This document shows positions 32,901 through 38,746 of a stretch of 38,746 bases of DNA, in pieces (position 1 is the stretch's first letter; each line of letters starts with the position of its first letter). Below the pieces are notes generated by a model. The model was given only the letters and a program-made list of their open reading frames with translations, was not told the origin of the DNA and did not search any database. The stretch is from a virus (lineage: Duplodnaviria > Heunggongvirae > Uroviricota > Caudoviricetes), in IMG/VR virus record IMGVR_UViG_2740892229_000013; one strand, written 5' to 3'. The translations under genes and the position numbers were made by a program.

Positions 32901-34568
32901 GCTCGTGTTGAAGGCGATGCTGCAAACGCTAAACAACTGGAAGTGTTGCAGTCAACGGTAGAGGAAAGCTCCGCTGCCGTTGAAGAAATGAAAAAGACGG
33001 TTGCAGAGGTCGATCGTGCCAGTGCAGAACTGACTACGAACATTGAGGCGTTAGCCAAAACAAATATTGACCTGGCTCTTCGTCAAGATGAAGACCAGCA
33101 CAAGCAGATGGTCAATAACGCGAAGATCGCAACAACACAGAAAACCTTTGCTGATGATATGTCTGCAATGGCCACGAAGGTTGAGGAAATTCGCGTAGAA
33201 ATTGGCGAAGACATTAAGGCCAGTATTCTGGAAGAGTCCACCGCTCGTGCCGATGGCGATGAAGCGTTGGCAAAGCGTGTCACTCAGCTGCAATCTAAGT
33301 TTGAAGGAGATATCAGCTCGGCGATTAGTACAGAGCAGGAGGCTCGTACATCTGCCGATGAAGCTCTGACGACACAGATCACTCAGCTTGAGTCGAAAGT
33401 AAGCAACGATATCGTCGCAGCTATTAAGGAAGAGCAAGAAGCCCGAGCAACGGAAGATTCGGCTCTGGCAAGCCAGATCACCCAACTTCAGGCAAAGGTT
33501 GACGGTGATATATCCGCTGCCATCACTCAGGAGCAGGAGGCCAGAGCAAGTGCTGACCAGGCGCTCTCACGAGAAATTAACAGCCTGCGAGCACAAACCG
33601 GAACTGATATTGCCGCAGCGGTTGCTGTAGAGACAAAGGCAAGGACTGATGCCGATAGTGCATTGTCCACTCAGATTACGTCTCTTACAGCAAAAGCTAA
33701 TGATCTCGAGGCATCTCTTGCCAGAGAAACAACGGCTCGTGCTGATGGTGATACCGCTTTAACAAAAGAGGTTTCAAGTTTAAAAGCACAGACAGCGAAA
33801 GATATTAGTGCGGCCGTTGCAGTTGAAACGCAGGCTCGAACTGATGCTGACTCGGCGTTGTCGTCTCAGATCACCAAGCTGACCTCTCAATACAAAGAGG
33901 ATATTAAAGCGGCTGTAGCAACCGAAACGAAAACGCGTACAGAGCAAGATGCTGCATTGGCGACTCAAATCACAAACTTAGAGTCTCAAACGGCAGCCAA
34001 CATTTCCGCGGCGGTAACAACTGAAACGACAGCGAGAACGCAGGCAGATAATGCTCTGAGTGGGCGAATCGATACTCTGAAAGCAGAGGTGGATGGAAAT
34101 ACCGCGACAATTCAACAGCAGGCAACAGCTATTGCTGATACCAACAAAAAAGTGTCAACCGCGTGGACGTTGAAAATGGAAACTTCAACGAGCGGAGGGC
34201 AGAAGTATGTTGCTGGTATTGCGCTTGGTATCGACACCACTGGCCTTTCTCAGTTTTTGGTGCAGGCTGACAGGTTTGGTTTGGTCAACTCTGTTAACGG
34301 GAAGATCACCACGCCATTTGTTATCGAAAACAGTATCGCCTATATGAATGGTGCGTATATCAAGGATGGCACAATCACCAATGCAAAAGTAGGCGATCTG
34401 CAATCTACCAATTTTGTTAGCGGTAGATCTGGATGGCGGTTCGGCAAAAATGGAACGCTTGAGATCAACGGTAATAGCGGGGGTAATGGGCGACTGGTCA
34501 TAAATGGTCAGCGGATTGACGTTTATGACGATAACAACGTCCTACGAGTAAGAATTGGCCTTCTGTAA
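29943..34568 (+). CDS. Tail tip / host-specificity protein, lambda gpJ-like (1541 aa)
   Basis: Track ORF begins at TTG 29937; ATG 29943 is preferred. N-terminal ~830 aa are J-like, including an FN3-like region. A long coiled-coil repeat follows, then a C-terminal globular domain. Confidence 0.95.
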   Translation: MEQFKKKKLPLLIAGAGGKKSKSSSRTPVEADDTVNSRAMAAILDLLGEGVIGGLVNGAKSIFIDDLPILNEDGSSNFSGITWDFRDGSQDQTPMAGFDFVETPKSVNIQLKKTHDVTVSIDNDEADRVRVIMKFPSLRSVDKSSGDTNGTTVKYKFQIANADATFSDVVAEGEKSVDITLTAKKTGVYYRSYELKLPKPGRAYKVRVIRLTDDNSSQYLYNDTWVDSIGEIVDTPMNYPNSALVGLKVNSEQFGSTMPSRSYLVRGIKIRVPSNYNEYTNTYVGVWDGTFKLLSSSNPAWILYDLLTNTRYGLGQFVSESMIDLGQLYQIGRYCDEEVDDGFGGKEKRFAINTQITSRQDAYRLIQDIAGAFRGMVFWAGGMVNIMQDSPSDPVMMFTNSNVKDGLFTYKGSARKDRPSVALVTYNNKEDGYKQNIEYVEDQDAMRRYGELKTEVVAFGCTSRGQAHRVGLWLLYTARMESDVITFTAGLDASFLMPGETVLIQNKYRAGKRNSGRIVEFAKNSITLDAPVSLAKSGSFIRILNQEGKIVERDVLETGENITKVTFSKALSSAETPVLNGVWTITEPDLEPMRVRIVNIAQGETPGSFDITAVENNPSKYEAIDNGATLIPQNTTVLDPTYSKPSNLQITEGTYLSSPGNLSVKLTATWEGKSPEYWISWRRSDENNVSNWQSARVTEEQYEIVNVAENGRYDFQLYAVSFNGKKTEIISTVYQVLGTMTPPDAPTSLTAVGDYRNVILNWVNPDSVDLDHINVYASQTNNLDTAKLIAESASTTFTHAGLGDSETWYYWVRASNKRGMLSPPNSNLGTEATTRDVLSFLAGKITSSELGQALLEDINSKASQEAVDELNEHINQSVESLEGAVNDVKEDIAELDKQFSDNLADFEIKFNERSDALENAQTELKGEVSATIDKVNEAFEKIDATDAAIVEIENTVSEHDKALANTVEAIKAARDEAAALIAKESEARVEGDAANAKQLEVLQSTVEESSAAVEEMKKTVAEVDRASAELTTNIEALAKTNIDLALRQDEDQHKQMVNNAKIATTQKTFADDMSAMATKVEEIRVEIGEDIKASILEESTARADGDEALAKRVTQLQSKFEGDISSAISTEQEARTSADEALTTQITQLESKVSNDIVAAIKEEQEARATEDSALASQITQLQAKVDGDISAAITQEQEARASADQALSREINSLRAQTGTDIAAAVAVETKARTDADSALSTQITSLTAKANDLEASLARETTARADGDTALTKEVSSLKAQTAKDISAAVAVETQARTDADSALSSQITKLTSQYKEDIKAAVATETKTRTEQDAALATQITNLESQTAANISAAVTTETTARTQADNALSGRIDTLKAEVDGNTATIQQQATAIADTNKKVSTAWTLKMETSTSGGQKYVAGIALGIDTTGLSQFLVQADRFGLVNSVNGKITTPFVIENSIAYMNGAYIKDGTITNAKVGDLQSTNFVSGRSGWRFGKNGTLEINGNSGGNGRLVINGQRIDVYDDNNVLRVRIGLL
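33210..34100 (+). repeat. Nine tandem 33-aa (99-nt) degenerate repeats inside the J-like gene
   Basis: Units of the form DIxAA-IxxEQEARxxADxALxxQITxLxxKxxx. One unit is 32 aa. Confidence 0.8.
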
Positions 34569-34601
34569 TGTAGAAAAAAATATTTATATCGGTAAAAATA
34601 A

Positions 34602-34617
34602 GTAGGTACATACTTAA
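34602..34617. promoter_or_regulatory. Palindrome-family copy GTAGGTACATACTTAA
   Basis: 14/16 identical to 1955-1970. 44 bp upstream of ATG 34661, followed by hairpin GGTGGGC/GCCCACC. Confidence 0.55.
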
Positions 34618-34660
34618 TGGTGGGCAAGGATAGCCCACCAAATCAAGGAGCATATTCAAC

Positions 34661-35623
34661 ATGTGGTACAGGGAAGGTACTATCACATTTACACAGGGCA
34701 GCAATACTCTGGTTGGGGCAGGGACAGCCTGGAACGTAACAGCTAATGGTGTGTTGCCGGGGATGATCGTCATTGGCCCCGACAATAAGCTGTATGAGAT
34801 CAAGCGCGTAACCAGTGATACGAACATTGTTCTCTCAGAACCTTATACCGGCGAAACTCAGTCTGAAGTTCCGTGCCGAATCATTACGACCTATGAAGGC
34901 GACTTAACACAGTTTAGCGCGCGCTTTACAGCACTAATGTCGCGTATGTCGGCTGATTCCAAGTCCATGCGCAGTTGGTTGACTGCTCTGGATGAGGTGA
35001 CAATCGAGCGTGAAGACGGTACAGAAGTGACCGTTAAGCCGCTAATGCAGATCGTCAACGAGCACAACGAAAACGTTGAGTGGTATAAAAATAACACTGA
35101 CGCGATTGATGCTGCTGGCGACAAAGCTCGTGAGGCGGCGGCCAGTGCTGCCGCAGCAGCAGAAAGCGCCAATATCGCTGGAGAAAAAGCCTCTCAAGCG
35201 TCTCAAAGTGCATCCGCTGCAGAGTCCTCAAAAAGCGCGGCGGCCACCAGTGCCGGTGCCGCGAAAACGTCTGAAACGAATGCTGCAGCGTCACAAAAAT
35301 CTGCAGCCACTTCTGCATCCACCGCGACCACGAAAGCGTCAGAAGCTGCCACCTCAGCCCGGGATGCGGCGGCCTCAAAAGAGGCAGCGAAATCATCAGA
35401 AACGAGCGCAGCCTCGAGCGCCAGTAATGCCGCTTCCTCGGCAACGGCGGCAGGAAATTCCGCGAAGGCGGCAAAAACGTCCGAGACGAACGCCAGGTCT
35501 TCTGAAACGGCAGCGGGACAGAGCGCCTCGGCTGCGGCAGGCTCAAAAACAGCGGCTGCGTCGTCTGCCAGTGCAGCGTCAACAAGTGCCGGGCAGGCCT
35601 CAGCCAGTGCCACCGCCGCCGGA
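34661..35623 (+). CDS. Tail fibre protein, 5' part (truncated by scaffold gap)
   Basis: AAGGAG RBS. N-terminus MWYREGTITFTQGSNTLVGAGTAW is typical of phage fibre N-termini. From ~35212 it carries the Stf-type Ala/Ser-rich repeat. The ORF runs into the N-run. Confidence 0.85.
35212..35623 (+). repeat. Stf-type Ala/Ser-rich repeat block (copy in the phage fibre gene)
   Basis: Near-identical at nucleotide level to 36331-36372, 36455-36815 and 36827-37165 (AAESSKSAAATSAGAAKTSETNAAASQKSAATSAS...). Confidence 0.85.
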
Positions 35624-35633
35624 NNNNNNNNNN
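35624..35633. other. Scaffold gap (10 N)
   Basis: Run of n characters. The flanking sequences belong to different genes (fibre repeat versus lom 3' end). Confidence 1.
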
Positions 35634-35708
35634 GTCGCTTATGAAGGCTCCGGCAGTGGTGACTGGCGCACTGACGGGTTCATCGTGGGTGTTGGTTATA
35701 AATTCTGA
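35634..35708 (+). pseudogene. lom: 3' terminal fragment of a lom (Ail/Lom outer-membrane protein) gene, 24 codons
   Basis: Translation VAYEGSGSGDWRTDGFIVGVGYKF* matches my memory of the lambda Lom C-terminus. The 5' part is lost in the gap. Confidence 0.85.
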
Positions 35709-35734
35709 TTAGCCAGGTAACACAGTGTTATGAC

Positions 35735-35761
35735 AGCCCGCCGGTTCAGGCGGGCTTTTTT
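35735..35761 (+). terminator. Rho-independent terminator
   Basis: AGCCCGCC (35735-35742) / GGCGGGCT (35749-35756), T-run 35756-35761. Confidence 0.9.
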
Positions 35762-35772
35762 GTGGGGTGAAT

Positions 35773-38746
35773 ATGGCAGTAAAAATTTCAGGTGTACTGA
35801 AAGACGGCACAGGAAAACCGGTACAGAACTGCACAATCCAGCTGAAAGCAAAACGTAACAGTACCACGGTGGTGGTGAACACGCTGGCATCTGAAAATCC
35901 GGATGAAGCCGGGCGTTACAGTATGGACGTTGAGTACGGTCAGTACAGCGTTATTCTGTTGGTGGAAGGATTCCCGCCGTCACATGCCGGGACCATCACA
36001 GTGTATGAAGATTCCCGACCCGGTACGCTGAATGATTTTCTCGGTGCCATGACGGAGGATGATGCCCGTCCGGAGGCACTGCGCCGTTTTGAACTGATGG
36101 TGGAAGAGGTGGCGCGTAACGCGTCCGCGGTGGCACAGAACACGGCAGCCGCGAAGAAGTCAGCCAGCGATGCCGGCACATCAGCCCGTGAGGCGGCAAC
36201 CCATGCGACTGATGCTGCAGGCTCAGCACGTGCAGCCAGCACATCAGCCGGGCAGGCCGCGACGTCGGCTCAGTCAGCGTCTTCCAGCGCAGGAACGGCA
36301 TCAACAAAGGCTACTGAAGCATCAAAAAGTGCTGCCGCTGCAGAGTCCTCAAAAAGCGCGGCGGCCACCAGTNNNNNNNNNNCGCAGCCAGCACGTCAGC
36401 CGGACAGGCCGCGTCGTCGGCTCAGTCAGCGACTTCCAGCGCAGGAACGGCATCAACAAAGGCCACTGAAGCATCAAAAAGTGCTGCCGCTGCAGAGTCC
36501 TCAAAAAGCGCGGCAGCTACCAGTGCCAGTGCCGCGAAAACGTCAGAAACGAATGCGGCAGCGTCACAACAATCAGCAGCCACTTCTGCATCCACCGCGA
36601 CTACGAAAGCGTCAGAAGCTGCCACCTCAGCCCGGGATGCGGCGGCTTCAAAAGAGGCGGCAAAATCATCAGAAACGAACGCATCCTCGAGCGCCAGTAG
36701 CGCAGCTTCCTCGGCAACAGCGGCAGGAAATTCCGCGAAGGCGGCAAAAACGTCAGAGACGAACGCCAGGTCTTCTGAAACGGCAGCGGGACAGAGCGCC
36801 TCGGCTGCGGCAGGCNNNNNNNNNNGGCAGCGTCACAAAAATCTGCAGCCACTTCTGCATCCACCGCGACCACAAAGGCGTCAGAAGCTGCCATCTCAGC
36901 CCGGGATGCGGCGGCCTCAAAAGAGGCAGCGAAATCATCAGAAACGAACGCATCATCAAGTGCCAGTAGTGCAGCTTCCTCGGCAACGGCGGCAGCAAAT
37001 TCTGCGAAGGCGGCAAAAACGTCCGAGACGAACGCCAAGGCTTCTGAAACGGCAGCGGGACAGAGCGCCTCAGCTGCGGCAGGCTCAAAAACAGCGGCTG
37101 CATTATCTGCCAGTGCCGCGTCAACAAGTGCCGGGCAGGCCTCAGCCAGTGCCACCGCCGCCGGAAAATCGGCAGAAAGTGCTGCATCGTCTGCTTCAAC
37201 AGCCACAACGAATGCTGGCGAAGCCGCTGTACAGGCCAGCGCAGCAGCGAGGTCAGCTTCCGCAGCGAAGACATCCGAGACGAACGCGAAAGCGTCGGAA
37301 ACCAGCGCAGAATCCTCAAAAACGGCAGCGGCATCGTCCGCCAGTTCGGCGGCGTCATCGGCATCATCGGCGTCTGCTTCAAAAGATGAGGCGACCAGAC
37401 AGGCGTCAGCAGCGAAGAGCAGCGCCACGACGGCATCCACGAAAGCAACAGAGGCGGCAGGCAGTGCGACGGCGGCAGCACAGAGCAAAAGTACGGCGGA
37501 ATCCGCGGCAACGCGCGCCGAGACAGCGGCAAAACGGGCAGAGGATATTGCATCCGTCGTGGCGCTTGAGGATGCGAGCACGACGAAAAAGGGGGTAGTA
37601 CAGCTCAGCAGTGCGACCAACAGTACGTCTGAAACGCTGGCGGCAACGCCAAAGGCAGTAAAATCAGCCTATGACAATGCAGAGAAACGTCTGCAGAAAG
37701 ACCAGAACGGCGCTGATATACCCGACAAGGACCGCTTCCTGAGTAACATTAATGTTTACAGCAAAGGTGAAGTGGATCAGAAAAAGGGGATGCGATACGT
37801 TGTGGTAAATGCCCCGGCGGGTGTCCAGGAAGGTAAATATTATCCGTTAGTGATAAAAAGGAATGACAGCCATCGGGCATCCCGCGTTGTCATTTCAACG
37901 CCAAGTCGCTCAGCTAATCACAGAATGAATAATTGTGAGTTTAATGGTTTTGTTTGCGCAGGCGGCTGGACGGACCGGGGTAGCTATGCCTGTGGTATGT
38001 TCTGGGCTTATTCAACATCGGAACGCGCTATTCATTCCATTCTGATGAGTAATAAAGGCGATACCGTAGACAGCGTATTCTATATAGAAGGTGGGGCATT
38101 TCCCGTAGAGGTCTTTTTAGAAGAAGGTCTCTCCGTTACTGCACCTGCTTCTGATTATATTGTTGCTGAAACGACTTATAAATTTGGCGCAACTGATCCT
38201 TATTCTGAATCAGTTGCGGTAAATTTAATTTTAGATTTTAAACAAGGTAATGGATTTTATAGTTCATATCCTGTTTTGAGTAAGTCAGACATTAGCGGGA
38301 ATAAGATTTACGCTAATGATGAAGTTATTGTCCGTAGTCAGAACGCGTTAAGGATGATTGCAGGTGATTACGGTGTCATATGGCGAAATGATGGAGCAAA
38401 TACTTACTTGCTCATGACTGATAAAGGCGACCAGTACGGTGGCTGGAACGGTCTTCGACCATTTGCAGTAAATAACGCAACAGGTGAAGTGACGATCAAT
38501 ACACCACTTAATTCTCCTAAGGGGATTAAGGGAAATTCTGATACAGCTACGAAACTTCAGACAGCAATAAAAATATCTGGTGTTTCGTTTGATGGTTCTA
38601 CTGATATCACTTTAACCGCTGCGCATGTTGCTGCTTTTGCCAGAAGAGCAACGGATACGTATGCCGATGCGGATGGGGGCGTTCCATGGAATGCCGAATC
38701 AGGCGCTTACAATGTCACCCGCTCTGGCGACAGCTATATTCTGGTT
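35773..38746 (+). CDS. stf: Lambda Stf-like side tail fibre, broken by two scaffold gaps and open at the window end
   Basis: N-terminus MAVKISGVLKDGTGKPVQNCTIQLKA... matches the recalled lambda Stf. True frames by hand: frame 1 for 35773-36372, frame 3 for 36384-36815, frame 2 for 36827-38746. The distal part carries the fibre repeat GNSDTATKLQTAIKISGVSFDGSTDITLT. Confidence 0.85.
36373..36382. other. Scaffold gap (10 N)
   Basis: Run of n characters. The frame changes across it. Confidence 1.
36816..36825. other. Scaffold gap (10 N)
   Basis: Run of n characters. The frame changes across it. Confidence 1.

Larger units (their letters stand above)
36232..37165 (+). repeat. Overlapping paralogous Stf repeat segments placed in tandem by scaffolding
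   Basis: 36383-36523 re-reads the same protein region as 36232-36372 with SNPs. 36827-37165 re-reads 36560-36815. Confidence 0.8.

Noticed and set aside
35055-37620. Many long ORFs on both strands and in off-frames across the fibre/stf repeat (35055..35585 -, 35076..35708 +, 35203..35613 -, 36601..37620 -, 36753..37553 -, 36906..37598 +)
   Set aside because: These are artefacts of GCN/AGC-rich Ala/Ser repeat DNA, which is open in nearly all frames. Only the frame giving the Stf-like AAxSSxTxA repeat continues into recognisable N- and C-terminal domains. Several also span N-runs.

Overview
Almost the whole window is one siphovirus-type tailed-phage genome segment, sitting in what looks like a draft enterobacterial assembly. 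No database search was possible. Functions come from motifs read in the translations, gene order, and my memory of lambda proteins; fine coordinates were counted by hand.

Left to right:
(i) About 1 kb with no credible ORF. It holds an A/C-skewed ~470-nt tract closed by a strong terminator, then a 22-bp-phased iteron-like repeat array.
(ii) Five small + strand genes, four closed by their own hairpin. Four of them are preceded by a shared palindromic box, AAACAAnTTGTTT.
(iii) A ~600-bp convergent non-coding hub with a second iteron cluster, Chi octamers, GCGC palindromes and stacked terminators.
(iv) A minus-strand block: an AT-rich 3-gene island carrying two identical 19-bp hairpins, a secreted Cys-rich protein, a candidate tandem Sm/Rof-like beta-barrel protein, a lipoprotein, an RHH-like protein and an SF2 helicase.
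(v) A long + strand block. It starts with a translationally coupled cassette of two ParB/Srx-like proteins, an ABC-type ATPase and a GNAT-like protein. Then come a wHTH protein, TerS, TerL, portal, scaffold, major capsid, a 3x Big_2 protein, connector and tail-completion proteins, a major tail protein with an Ig domain, a G/GT chaperone pair (-1 frameshift), a 1524-aa tape measure, lambda-type M-L-K-I-J tip genes and a tail fibre.

From 35624 onward, three 10-N scaffold gaps join the phage fibre gene to lambdoid-prophage DNA (lom 3' end, terminator, stf-like side tail fibre) through a shared Ala/Ser-rich repeat. The right ~3 kb is therefore assembly-uncertain.

I recognised no rRNA, tRNA, CRISPR array, IS element, integrase or lysis cassette.
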